DNA from: an uncultured Planctomycetaceae bacterium
GTDB lineage: Bacteria; Planctomycetota; Planctomycetia; Planctomycetales; Planctomycetaceae
NCBI GenBank assembly: GCA_964388415.1
Contig: CAYMAO010000001.1
Span: forward strand, 65,072 to 129,071
Length of the DNA stretch: 64,000 nt
Direction of reading: 5' to 3'
Shown: piece by piece, positions 19,548-29,133 of the stretch
Numbering within the stretch: position 1 is the stretch's first letter
How the letters are laid out: every line of letters begins with the position of its first letter
The notes under the pieces: model-generated
What the model saw: the letters and a program-made list of their open reading frames with translations, nothing else
What the model was told of the DNA's origin: nothing
Databases searched by the model: none
Translations under genes and position numbers: made by a program

Positions 19548-21890
19548 ATGACCCTGTCCACGGATGCCTGCTGCTCCCCGGAGCGGCTGCGGGAATTCGC
19601 GCACGGCGAAATTGCCGACGACGGGGAACTTGCGTTCATTGCCGAACACCTGGCGAATTGCCCGTCTTGCACGAAACGATTCGACGCCATCGAAGACTTG
19701 CCGATCGTCGCCCTGCTCAGAACGGCCATTGCCGATCGGACGCTCAGCGACGCGGGTGACGAACAGGCCCGGGCCTTCGGCGACTCGCCTCCGCCGCCGG
19801 CCCTGCTGCACCACCCCAAGTGGAAACCGCTGCGCCGCTTGGGCCAGGGCGGGATGGGCGTCGTCTATCTCGCCCGGCATCGCCATCTGAAAGAACTCGA
19901 CGGCGAATACCAGTTCCGTGCGCTGAAAATCGTGCAAAAATCCCTGGCGTCCGGCGAGAAATACAAGGAACGGTTCCTCAACGAACTCCGGGCCGTCATC
20001 GGGCTGCCGGAACACCCCCACATTGTGCGGGGCTTTGATGTCGATGTCGATTCGCTGGATTCGTTCCTGCTGCTCGTGATGGAGTACGTCCCCGGCGACG
20101 ACCTCGAACACTACGCCGCCGCGCAGCCGGGCGGACGGCTGCCTGTCGACATGGCGTGCGGCATGATCTTGCAGGCACTCTCCGGGTTGGATCACGCCCG
20201 AAAGCATGGCGTCGTCGCCCACCGCGACCTCAAGCCGGAAAATCTGATCCTCTCCGACACGGGCATCGTCAAAGTCGTCGACTTCGGGCTGGCCAAAATC
20301 CGCGTGACGGACGTCGACCCGACGCATCCCACTCAAAGCGGCCTGCAAGGCTGCGGCAGTCCGAAATACGCGGCCCCGGAACAGATGAACGACTTCGCCG
20401 CCGCCGACGGCCGTTCCGATCTCTACAGCCTGGGCTGCACGCTGTATCGCTTGCTGGCCGGCCACCCGCCGTTTGGCGTCCACATCGGTTGCAAAAGCGT
20501 GCTGGAACTCTGGCAGGCCCACCAGACTTTCCGGCCGGCGTCCCTCGTGCAGATCGTCCCCAGCGTGCCGGCGAAGTTGAGCGCGCTGGTCGACCGGCTC
20601 CTGCAGAAATCCCCCGCCGCGCGCTGCCAGTCGCTGATCGAGTTTGCCGCGGAACTCTTTCCGTTTGCGTCGCCGGAATCCCAGGTCCTGACGCTGGAGT
20701 GGATCCGCGAATCACGACCCGATTCCCCGGAATCCACCGGCCCCCCGACACGGAAATTGCCCGTACGCTGGAGAAGCGGAACGCCGTTCCTGCTCACCTT
20801 GTTGTTGATCCCCATCCTGCTGCTGATAATTTCCCTTGCCTTCAGAAACCCTGCGAAGTTGAATTCGGCAGGGGATCACGATCTCGCTTCGTCCCCTGAA
20901 GCAATGCCGGCGGCTGCAATTGCACCTTTTGATCGGCAGCAGGCCGAAGATTTTCAGAAGCAATGGGCCGAACATCTAGGCGTGCCGGTCGAATGGGAAA
21001 ATTCCCTTGGCATGAAGTTCCGTTTGATTCCGCCCGGCGATTTCTGGATGGGGAGCACAGATGACGAAATCAAAGCCGTCGTCGCTGAACTTCGCCGACT
21101 GAAACAACCGGGCGAAGACCGTTTCGTGGAATGGGTCCAGAGCGAAGCTCCGCAGCATCGGGTCATTTTGACGCACCCTTATTACCTTGCAGTCCATGAA
21201 CTGACGCAATCTGTGTATGCCAAGGTGAATGGCAACAATCCATCCCATCACTCGGCGACAGGAAATGGCCGGGAATCTGTCGCAGGTTTCGACACCGCGA
21301 AATTTCCGGTGGACTCAGTGACCTGGAACGAAGCGATTGCGTTCTGCAATCACCTGAGCGATCTCGATCAGTTAAGCCCCGCCTACGAGGCGACGTCGTC
21401 TAGTATTACCGTGCTCAAGGGGAACGGTTATCGACTTCCCACGGAAGCGGAATGGGAATTTGCCGCCCGCGCGGGGACAACCACGAAATTCTGGTGTGGA
21501 GATCGAGTTGCAGATTTAGTTGCTTCCGAATGGATCACAGATAACTCACGCAATCTCCCGCACCCGGTCGGCCAGTTGAAGCCCAATCCTTTTGGCCTGT
21601 ACGACATTCTGGGTAATCAGATGGAATGGGTATTTGACGCCTGGGATCCGGACTATTATGCCCGCTTTCGAGACCAGGCCGCGGTCGATCCGACCGGCCC
21701 CGCTCCCGCAAATGCGGCTCACATCTGGCGAGGCGGCGCCTGGGGCAACTATTCCTACGCGGCCCGACCGGCCATGCGGAACCACTCCAACGGGCCGAAC
21801 TTTGCCGGCGGCGGAATCGGTTTTCGCCTGGCGATCTCCGTCGAGGCCGTCCGGCAGCAACAGCGAACCGATTCTACGTCCCCCGAATAG
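19548..21890 (+). CDS. Ser/Thr protein kinase with N-terminal ZAS-like zinc-finger segment, one TM helix and C-terminal FGE-sulfatase (SUMF1-like) domain
   Basis: Kinase motifs HRDLKPENL, DFGLAK, GSPKYAAPEQ. N-terminal HLANCPSCTKRFD resembles the anti-sigma HxxxCxxC motif. TM helix PFLLTLLLIPILLLIISLAF. C-terminal FGE motifs WEFAARAG and GFRLA. Confidence 0.85.
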   Translation: MTLSTDACCSPERLREFAHGEIADDGELAFIAEHLANCPSCTKRFDAIEDLPIVALLRTAIADRTLSDAGDEQARAFGDSPPPPALLHHPKWKPLRRLGQGGMGVVYLARHRHLKELDGEYQFRALKIVQKSLASGEKYKERFLNELRAVIGLPEHPHIVRGFDVDVDSLDSFLLLVMEYVPGDDLEHYAAAQPGGRLPVDMACGMILQALSGLDHARKHGVVAHRDLKPENLILSDTGIVKVVDFGLAKIRVTDVDPTHPTQSGLQGCGSPKYAAPEQMNDFAAADGRSDLYSLGCTLYRLLAGHPPFGVHIGCKSVLELWQAHQTFRPASLVQIVPSVPAKLSALVDRLLQKSPAARCQSLIEFAAELFPFASPESQVLTLEWIRESRPDSPESTGPPTRKLPVRWRSGTPFLLTLLLIPILLLIISLAFRNPAKLNSAGDHDLASSPEAMPAAAIAPFDRQQAEDFQKQWAEHLGVPVEWENSLGMKFRLIPPGDFWMGSTDDEIKAVVAELRRLKQPGEDRFVEWVQSEAPQHRVILTHPYYLAVHELTQSVYAKVNGNNPSHHSATGNGRESVAGFDTAKFPVDSVTWNEAIAFCNHLSDLDQLSPAYEATSSSITVLKGNGYRLPTEAEWEFAARAGTTTKFWCGDRVADLVASEWITDNSRNLPHPVGQLKPNPFGLYDILGNQMEWVFDAWDPDYYARFRDQAAVDPTGPAPANAAHIWRGGAWGNYSYAARPAMRNHSNGPNFAGGGIGFRLAISVEAVRQQQRTDSTSPE

Positions 21891-22172
21891 CTGCGTGGAC
21901 ACAATCGCCGCAACCTGTTTTCCATGAAACTCTTGCAGCGATTCTTCCGCAAACTGCGTGTCGTCGCGCAACCGCTCCCGTCTGACAACTTTGGTCCTTC
22001 TTGCAAGATTTCTCAAATTTCTTGAGAGATTTTCACCATAGCTCTCATTTCTATTGCAGACGGGTGAACCGTCACCCGCCGCATCCCGGGACTGATTTCG
22101 ACCCGTGGGCTGTGGGGGGAAATGTCCCCCTGAAGGGATACGAATTTCATATTACTTGGAGGAGGATAAGCG

Positions 22173-22880
22173 ATGGGACGCGTACTGTTGACGGCGCTTG
22201 CATTGGCAGGCTTATGCCGTGACGCCAGCGCCGGCATTATGGTGGATTCAATCAATCCCAGTGCCTCACCGAAAGAAAATATCAATTATGACTCTTCCTG
22301 GATTGGTATCGGCTGGTACTACACACCCGGCCAGGACTATGAGTTGACCCGTATCGAGAGCTTGTTCAATCCGATTCCTCACGCATCATCTCCGCCGCAG
22401 AAGCCAATCGCAATCAAGTTGTTTGATGATCGCCCCGTAGAAGGCGGAGTGTTGTTGGCGGAGTCTGCATTTACGCTGAATGTTCGTAATGGCGGCTGGC
22501 AAGGCACCGACTTTCTTCCGTTTGAACTTACCGCCGGCCAGCGTTACTTCTTGGCTTTTGAAGGAATCGCACTTGTAGGAATAAACCTCTCAACTTGGGA
22601 GTTTGTGGGTGGATTGCCAACGCTTTCGGGTGGCGCGACGGAGAGTTTGGGGGCCTATTACAGAGACCTTAACTACGCCACGGAGGTCACCGACCAATTT
22701 CAAGTTGCAAGTCCGACTGGAAACGTGAGTGGCACGTCCCCGATTCTCAGATTTTTTGGAAACCTTCCTGATCCACCTCCTCCTCCCTCCGTCCCCGAAC
22801 CCGGCACGTTGACTTTGGCGGGCCTTGGCATTGTCGGCTTGCTCGGGGCGCGGTGGCGGAAGCGGCGGGCGGGGAATTGA
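22173..22880 (+). CDS. PEP-CTERM sorting-domain secreted protein
   Basis: Signal peptide MGRVLLTALALAGLC. C-terminal VPEPGTLTLAGLGIVGLLGARWRKRR is a PEP-CTERM anchor. GGAGGAGG RBS. GC content lower than neighbours. Confidence 0.8.
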   Translation: MGRVLLTALALAGLCRDASAGIMVDSINPSASPKENINYDSSWIGIGWYYTPGQDYELTRIESLFNPIPHASSPPQKPIAIKLFDDRPVEGGVLLAESAFTLNVRNGGWQGTDFLPFELTAGQRYFLAFEGIALVGINLSTWEFVGGLPTLSGGATESLGAYYRDLNYATEVTDQFQVASPTGNVSGTSPILRFFGNLPDPPPPPSVPEPGTLTLAGLGIVGLLGARWRKRRAGN

Positions 22881-22980
22881 CGGGAACAAAAATCATGGGG
22901 GCGCATCCGGGGACCGGTGGCGGTGTGCGAGTTTCGTGAGTGATCAGAAGCGTTCTGCTTATGCATTCCGGGCGGAAAAC

Positions 22981-23083
22981 GGGTAGTGGGTCAGTTTAAT
23001 AATGTAGGACACTTGCTCCGCAAGTGTGATTGGCACTTGCGGAGCAAGTGTCCTACATTGAAAGGCAAACTGACCCACTACCC
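22981..23083. repeat. ~103-bp nested inverted repeat: 17-bp outer arms plus 26-bp inner arms, each inner arm containing its own palindrome CACTTGC-N3-GCAAGTG
   Basis: GGGTAGTGGGTCAGTTT (22981-22997) pairs with AAACTGACCCACTACCC (23067-23083). AATGTAGGACACTTGCTCCGCAAGTG (23001-23026) pairs with 23034-23059. Central loop is 7 nt. Confidence 0.7.
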
Positions 23084-23418
23084 GGAAACGAGGGCAATCT
23101 TTCCCACTCCAGCCTGTTCCGTCGCTTGTTCAGACGACCAATCTGCGGTTGCGCCTCAAATCTACGGCCAAGCCAGGACTCGGTTCCGTTGCCCGGCGTG
23201 GTCTCGCCGCGTCAGCCGCATGGCCGACCTGTGCCGCCTGATCTCAGAGATCTTCGACGACGCCTCGCAGCGCGAAGCTGCGAAGGAGGGGCTGTCGGCG
23301 GACTTTCATCTGGACTCAGGGAATTGTGAAGGCTATCATTCGCCGCGCCGGAATATGCCGGTAAGCGATGCAGAGCTTGAGTTGTCGCGCATGAGCCCCA
23401 CTTCTAGGTTGAGATCTG

Positions 23419-24351
23419 ATGCAGCCGAATTTCTTCATCGTGGGGGCGCCGAAATGCGGGACGACCGCCATTTACTCCTATCTCCAGAGAAATCCCGCCG
23501 TTTTCGTGCCGAGGGCCGTCAAAGAGCCGCATCATTTCAGTCCGGAATTCTGGAGTGTCGATTCGATTATTTCCTCCCAAGCCTACGAGCGGCTGTTCGA
23601 GAGGGCGACGGCGCGGCATCGGGCCGTGGGCGAAGCCTCGACCGGCTATATTCTGTCCGACGTCGCGCTGGAGCGGATCCGCTCGTACAATGTGTCCGCG
23701 AAAATCATTCTGATGCTCCGCAACCCGGTCGAGATGGCCGAGTCGTTGTTCGAAGAGATGAAGTATCATTGGATGGAGCCGCTGAATACATTTGAAGCCG
23801 CGTGGGCCGCCCAGGAACGACGACTCTTGTCCGGTCCGCCGAAGGTCGCCACGGAAACGGATGGCCGCCTGCAATACAGCCGCTGTTGCAGCGTCGGTTC
23901 CTTGCACCAGAAGGCTCTGGGCGTCTTCCCGGCAGAGCAAGTCCACGTCATCTTGTTCGATGATTTCAAGGCCGGCCCTCGAGATGTGTACCTCCAATTA
24001 TTGCGTTTTCTGGAGGTTCCCGACGATGGCCGCGTGGACTTTCCGTCGGTCAATGCGCGTCGAGTCCACCGGTATCCGCAGCTCATGCGACTGATTATGA
24101 AACCTCCCGAACCGTTCTATTCACTCAAGAAGCGAATTCGGAACGCACTGGGGCTGCGGGACGCAGGGTGGGGATGGAAGCTCATTTCCCGATTCTCAAA
24201 AACGACCACCAAGCAACCATTGCGTCCCGAATTCGAGGCGGAGTTGCGACGACATTTCGCCCCCGAGGTGGAACGCCTGGAAGAACTGCTGGGACGTTCG
24301 CTCGCCGCCTGGAAGACAGCGGCTCCCGCAGCGCACCGCACCGCCGCCTGA
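23419..24351 (+). CDS. sulfotransferase family protein
   Basis: PAPS 5'-phosphosulfate-binding loop GAPKCGTT. 3'-phosphate-binding region LMLRNPVEMAES. Confidence 0.8.
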   Translation: MQPNFFIVGAPKCGTTAIYSYLQRNPAVFVPRAVKEPHHFSPEFWSVDSIISSQAYERLFERATARHRAVGEASTGYILSDVALERIRSYNVSAKIILMLRNPVEMAESLFEEMKYHWMEPLNTFEAAWAAQERRLLSGPPKVATETDGRLQYSRCCSVGSLHQKALGVFPAEQVHVILFDDFKAGPRDVYLQLLRFLEVPDDGRVDFPSVNARRVHRYPQLMRLIMKPPEPFYSLKKRIRNALGLRDAGWGWKLISRFSKTTTKQPLRPEFEAELRRHFAPEVERLEELLGRSLAAWKTAAPAAHRTAA

Positions 24352-24480
24352 GCAGCGCACCCGTCACGGAGACGGACGTGGTTTCCGTCTTGACCGATCT
24401 GCGGATCGTCATTAGATTTCCGGCACATTTCGCCGGTTCCAGGCGGAAACCGCGGATGATTTGCTGCTTGAGGCCACTGA

Positions 24481-25854
24481 ATGTCGTTGCTCGCCACGGC
24501 TCGCGTCGTCTCCGAACCGGCTCCGGCTGCGGGTCGTCCGCGAAACCGTTGGACTGCGTCGGCGTTCGGCCTGACGCTGCTGTGGAGCGTCGGTTGGACG
24601 GTCTGCGGCGCGATCGGCTCCAAGGGGGGCGCGCTTTTGAGTCAAATGGTGCTGGCGCGCCTGTTGAAGCCGGAAGCCTTCGGCGTGTTCTGCGCCGCGC
24701 AAGGCGCCATCACGATGATCAGCACCATGTTCGGTACTGCGATCGGCCTGGCCGTGCTGCAGCGAGTGGCGATGCGCCGCGATGCGGCCTGGCGCACGAT
24801 CGGGTCCGCTTTGGCGACGACCGCCGCGCTTGGCTTCGGCCTCAGCCTGCTGTTGATGGTGTTGATCGTCGGATTGGCCGACCAACTGCCGCGCGGACTG
24901 CAATCGCCGTGGACGGGAATCCTCTGGTCTTCGTTGCTGATCGGCAGCCTGATCGCGCTGGTCCAGGCGAATGCGCTGCAGGGATTGCAGGAATTTTCCT
25001 CACTCGCCCGGTTGCAGTTGCTCGCGGCGGCAGTCGGGTTGCCCATTCAAGTGTTTTGCGCCTGGGGCTGGGGATTTTCGGGCGCCGTGCTGGGAATCAC
25101 GATCGCGACGGCTTTGCAAGTCGCGCTCCTTGGGGTCGCCATTCGGTCTGCGGCGAAGCCGTTGTCCGCAGTGGGCGATGCGGACAAACCGATGGACGCG
25201 CTGCCTTCCTCGCTGCTTTCTTTCAGCGTGCTCCCCTTGCTGTTCACGAGCGTGCTGTTTGCGGCGGTGGAGTGGTGGTGTCCGCTGCTGCTGGTCACGG
25301 ATCGGCAGAATTTCCAGTCCTATGCCGTCTGGTGCGTCGTGCGCGACTGGCTGCTGATGGCCGGATTCGTGCCCAACATGTTGTCGCAGAGCGTCCTGCC
25401 GATGCTGACCGAACGTTGCGCCCTGGGCGACGTCCGCGGTGCCGTACACGTTCTCGGAATTCAACTGGCGGCGGGCCTTTTGCTCTGTGGCGTCTTGGCG
25501 GCCGGACTGTGGCTGGCGGCCCCGTGGATCGCCGGCGCTTACGGCTCGGAATTCGCTTCCGCGGCATTGCCGTTTCGCGTGGGGTCGTTGACGATTCTGT
25601 GCATCGCCGTGTCGAAAAGTTTCGAGACCTTTCTCGTGGCGCGCGGCCGCCTGTGGTGGAACTTCGCATTGAACGTCTGGTTTGCCGCGTGGTACCTGGG
25701 CGCAACCTGGCAGTGCGCAAGCTGGGGCCCGGTGGGAATCGCTGCGGGCCGCCTCACTGCCTTTGGTCTTCATGCCGTGCTCGCGGGCGGCCTGACCGCG
25801 ATCGAATTTCGCCGGCTGCGTGCGCAGGCCGGGGTTACATCCCTTTCTTCGTAG
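24481..25854 (+). CDS. polysaccharide/oligosaccharide flippase (Wzx, MOP superfamily)
   Basis: ~12-14 TM helices. Typical Wzx-like length and hydrophobicity pattern. Sits in a glycan cluster. Confidence 0.65.
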   Translation: MSLLATARVVSEPAPAAGRPRNRWTASAFGLTLLWSVGWTVCGAIGSKGGALLSQMVLARLLKPEAFGVFCAAQGAITMISTMFGTAIGLAVLQRVAMRRDAAWRTIGSALATTAALGFGLSLLLMVLIVGLADQLPRGLQSPWTGILWSSLLIGSLIALVQANALQGLQEFSSLARLQLLAAAVGLPIQVFCAWGWGFSGAVLGITIATALQVALLGVAIRSAAKPLSAVGDADKPMDALPSSLLSFSVLPLLFTSVLFAAVEWWCPLLLVTDRQNFQSYAVWCVVRDWLLMAGFVPNMLSQSVLPMLTERCALGDVRGAVHVLGIQLAAGLLLCGVLAAGLWLAAPWIAGAYGSEFASAALPFRVGSLTILCIAVSKSFETFLVARGRLWWNFALNVWFAAWYLGATWQCASWGPVGIAAGRLTAFGLHAVLAGGLTAIEFRRLRAQAGVTSLSS

Positions 25855-25866
25855 AGGATTGCAGCA

Positions 25867-26535
25867 ATGGCCAAGACCAGCCGGGAAGAACGGAAACGCA
25901 TGGCGATCGAGTATTGCCGGGGGAAGCGCGTGCTGCATCTCGGCTGCACCGACTGGCCGTTCACCGCGGACAAAATTCGCGATCACGAATTGCTGCATGC
26001 GCAGCTCGCCGAGTGCGCGAAAGACATCATCGGCGTCGACATCTGCGACGAAGGATTAGAGCTGCTGCGGCGCTGCAATCCGAACTGGAAGCTCGTTTCC
26101 GCGGACGCGTGCGAATATCACTCCGACTTTGAAGCCGACATCGTGATCGCCTCCGAGCTGATCGAACACCTGGAAAATCCGGGCCAGATGCTGCGGTGCA
26201 TCGCGTCGTATGCGAAGCCGGAAACGGAACTGCTGATCACGACGAACAACGCGCAATCGCTGAAGAGCGCGCTCAGGGCCGTGGTCGGGAAGGAAGAATG
26301 CCATCCCGATCATACGCTGCTGTTCACCACGAAGACGATGACCCAACTGCTGAAGCGGACTGGGTGGGATGTCGTCGACATTCAGTATTACCGTGTGGCC
26401 GCCGAGCGTCCGTTGATGGCGGTCCTGTCCGGCTGTCTGCGCCTGCTGGAACTGGTCGGGTCGCCCCAGATGCGCGAAGGTCTGGTCGTCCTGGCGCGTC
26501 CCCAGGCGGCACAAGCGCAGCGACTTTCCGCCTGA
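25867..26535 (+). CDS. class I SAM-dependent methyltransferase
   Basis: Motif I VLHLGCTDW followed by a DI-GVD acidic loop. 222 aa. Confidence 0.7.
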   Translation: MAKTSREERKRMAIEYCRGKRVLHLGCTDWPFTADKIRDHELLHAQLAECAKDIIGVDICDEGLELLRRCNPNWKLVSADACEYHSDFEADIVIASELIEHLENPGQMLRCIASYAKPETELLITTNNAQSLKSALRAVVGKEECHPDHTLLFTTKTMTQLLKRTGWDVVDIQYYRVAAERPLMAVLSGCLRLLELVGSPQMREGLVVLARPQAAQAQRLSA

Positions 26536-26593
26536 GGCCTGCCCGTTTTCACTCTGTGCTCTTCGATTCGCCGGCCGCCCAGACGCCAGGTTT

Positions 26594-28039
26594 ATGACGC
26601 ACACTTTGCCACTGCCGCTGACGCGTTCCCTGACGGGAAGGCCGGTTGCGCGCGGTTGGACGACTCCGTTCGTGCTGTATGCCCTGACGTTTCTCGCGGT
26701 CAATTTGCACCTGCTGCGCAATGCCTCGGGAATGTATGTCGCCTTTCCCCTGGCGTTGTATGTCGTGACGTTTCTGTTCCAGATCCGCCGCGACGCCGGC
26801 CTGGCCCGGACCTCGCAGGGCGTCCATCCCAGTCTTGCGCTCGTGACTCCCCTGGCGTGGATCTTTCTGTATGGCACCGCTTACATGACGGCAGTGTCTT
26901 TCTGTTACCTCACCTCGCAAGAAGTGTTGAACGGTGCGATGCGCGTCTGGTTCGCGCCGCCGTTGTTGATTCTCGCCAAGGATGCCATCCGCAGCGAACA
27001 GGACGTCACCCGCATGCTCACGGTCATCGTGATGTTCATCGCGGTCGGCTGTCTGACGGTGCCGCTGCAGGTCGTGACAGGCCCGATCCCCTGGTTCGTC
27101 GAATCGTCGTCTCGCGGGGGCATGGATCGTTTCGGTTCCCTGTTTGGCAACCTGACGGCCATCGGCTGCGTCGGCGGACTGGGGCTGGTCGTGTCGCTGA
27201 TCTCGTCCATGTCCTATTTTTTGCGATTCGCCTGCTGCGTCATCATCGGCGGCAGCATGATGTTCTCGCTGCAAAAGGCCGGCGTGATCAACCTGGTCGT
27301 CGCACCGGCGGTCTTCCTCCTGTTCGGCGGCATCAGTCTTCAAACGCGTCTGAGCCGCGCCATCAGCGTGATGATTCCCTGCATTGCCGGCATTATCTAC
27401 ATGTCGTACGTCGACGATCAGTTCTCGGATTATTCAGGATACGTCGCGCGGAAACTGGGGTTGGGCTTTGGCGCGACCGGCGGAGTCGTCGACGATTACG
27501 GCATCAGTGAAAATCTTCAAGAGCGCCTGGTCGAAACCGTCATGATGCTCTTTGACTTCTACGGCTGGCTGGGAATCTTCTGCGGCGTCGGCGTGATGGG
27601 CCTTGGGGGAACCGCGGGCTTGCCGGATTATGAGATGGCCCATAATACCTATGGAGACCTGCTGTTCAGCGGAGGCGTCTTCTATCTCCTTGCGTTCCTT
27701 GCCTTGCAGGCAGCCGTGCTCTTATCGCTGTTCCACTTAAAGCGCCTGGCGACCATTCATCGCGACCAGGGGATGCATACCAACGTGTGCACGCTGATCT
27801 GCCTGACGCTCGTGTATTTCATCAATCTCCCCGCAGGCAGCGGACAACTGGTGCAGCCCAATTTGTGTTCCCTGTTTTATGTCACGGTCGGGGTGATCAT
27901 GGGGCACTATCACCGCCGGGCCGCCGAATTGGGGCAACGCGCCCTGATTCCGCAGGCCCGGATGTCGAGACGCTCTTTTCCAACCGCAGCAATCGGCCCG
28001 TCTCTTCAGAATCGGCAAATACAGCGCCGCGCTGCGTGA
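26594..28039 (+). CDS. O-antigen ligase/polymerase-like (Wzy-type) polytopic membrane protein
   Basis: ~10-12 TM helices with a large extracytoplasmic loop. Sits in a glycan cluster context. Assignment is by architecture only. Confidence 0.5.
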   Translation: MTHTLPLPLTRSLTGRPVARGWTTPFVLYALTFLAVNLHLLRNASGMYVAFPLALYVVTFLFQIRRDAGLARTSQGVHPSLALVTPLAWIFLYGTAYMTAVSFCYLTSQEVLNGAMRVWFAPPLLILAKDAIRSEQDVTRMLTVIVMFIAVGCLTVPLQVVTGPIPWFVESSSRGGMDRFGSLFGNLTAIGCVGGLGLVVSLISSMSYFLRFACCVIIGGSMMFSLQKAGVINLVVAPAVFLLFGGISLQTRLSRAISVMIPCIAGIIYMSYVDDQFSDYSGYVARKLGLGFGATGGVVDDYGISENLQERLVETVMMLFDFYGWLGIFCGVGVMGLGGTAGLPDYEMAHNTYGDLLFSGGVFYLLAFLALQAAVLLSLFHLKRLATIHRDQGMHTNVCTLICLTLVYFINLPAGSGQLVQPNLCSLFYVTVGVIMGHYHRRAAELGQRALIPQARMSRRSFPTAAIGPSLQNRQIQRRAA

Positions 28040-28094
28040 AGGACGCACCGGTTTCCACGACCCGTTTTTTTCGGAAGCAGAAAAGCAGGACACC

Positions 28095-29114
28095 ATGACC
28101 CGACATTCGCCTCTGTTCGCATCCGTGCAAATTCCCACGTGGCGCCGCCGTGAACGGCTAGCGACGCTGATTGATTGCCTCGCCAATCAAACGGCGCCGC
28201 TCAGTTCGTATGAAATCGTCGTCTGCGACAGCGGCAGCGGCGACGGCACCCGGGAAATGATGCAGGAACGGATGCAAACCCTCCCCAACCTGCGGTTTCT
28301 GGACATCACGACCAACACGCTCGCGGCCAAGCGGAACGCGCTGTTTTACGGTTCCGATGCGCCGGTTGTGATCCTGCTGGACGACGATCTCACCGTGAAT
28401 CCCGAATTCGTCGCCGCGCATGTCGCCGCCCATGCGTCGTCGACGCGGACCGTTTTCTGCGGGGATGTCCGGTTTCCGCCGGAATGGACGAGTCACAGTA
28501 ATTATTATCGCTGGCGGGAATCACGGCACATCGGCGAGACGCGCCCCGAGATCAACCAGGAAGATATTTCGGCCCGACATCTCGTGGTGATGAATTTCTC
28601 GGCGAAGCGGGCCGAAGTCGCTCCTTTGGGGTTCATGTCCGAGGAGTTTCGCCGTTACGGCTGCGAAGATCACGAGTTCGGCTACCGCGTCAAGCAGGCC
28701 GGGCTGCGAGTCCAGTTGGTGAAAGAGGCCGTGTGCTGGCATTACGAAGGGACCGGGGACCGGACCTCGATCGCCGGATACGAAAAGAAAGCCTATACCA
28801 TGATGCGTTACGGCATGCCCGTACTTCAAAACCTGGCGCCGGAAGCCGCGCACGGATCCTGGACCCAACTCCTGGAACCTGCGCAAGCCGCTGATCCCTT
28901 CGCACGCAAAGTTCTCAAGCAGGGCGTTCAACTTGCGTTGCGCCCTGGGCTGTCCCGGCAGGTGCGCAAATTTCTTGAACGGGTCGACGCGACGCCCGCG
29001 GCGTACTTTCCGTGGCTCTATCAATACGTGATCAGCACCGCCATGCTGCAAGGCCGGAAGGAGCGCAGCCCCGCGGACTGGACGGAACCGAGCGAATTCC
29101 TGAAAGCGGCGTGA
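28095..29114 (+). CDS. family 2 glycosyltransferase
   Basis: GT2 N-terminal fold: VQIPTWRRRERL...YEIVVCDSGSGDGT...LLDDDL (DxD). Confidence 0.75.
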   Translation: MTRHSPLFASVQIPTWRRRERLATLIDCLANQTAPLSSYEIVVCDSGSGDGTREMMQERMQTLPNLRFLDITTNTLAAKRNALFYGSDAPVVILLDDDLTVNPEFVAAHVAAHASSTRTVFCGDVRFPPEWTSHSNYYRWRESRHIGETRPEINQEDISARHLVVMNFSAKRAEVAPLGFMSEEFRRYGCEDHEFGYRVKQAGLRVQLVKEAVCWHYEGTGDRTSIAGYEKKAYTMMRYGMPVLQNLAPEAAHGSWTQLLEPAQAADPFARKVLKQGVQLALRPGLSRQVRKFLERVDATPAAYFPWLYQYVISTAMLQGRKERSPADWTEPSEFLKAA

Positions 29115-29133
29115 TCGATCGTGCCGAAGCGGA

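Noticed and set aside
22986-23795. 269-aa ORF on the plus strand starting inside the large hairpin
   Set aside because: Begins within the inverted repeat and reads through the sulfotransferase start in another frame. The sulfotransferase frame carries the PAPS-binding GAPKCGTT motif, so this ORF is spurious.
24168-26132. 654-aa ORF on the plus strand spanning the sulfotransferase end, flippase and methyltransferase
   Set aside because: Out-of-frame overlap with three well-supported genes. Arg-rich low-complexity translation (RRARRHHDDQHH...).
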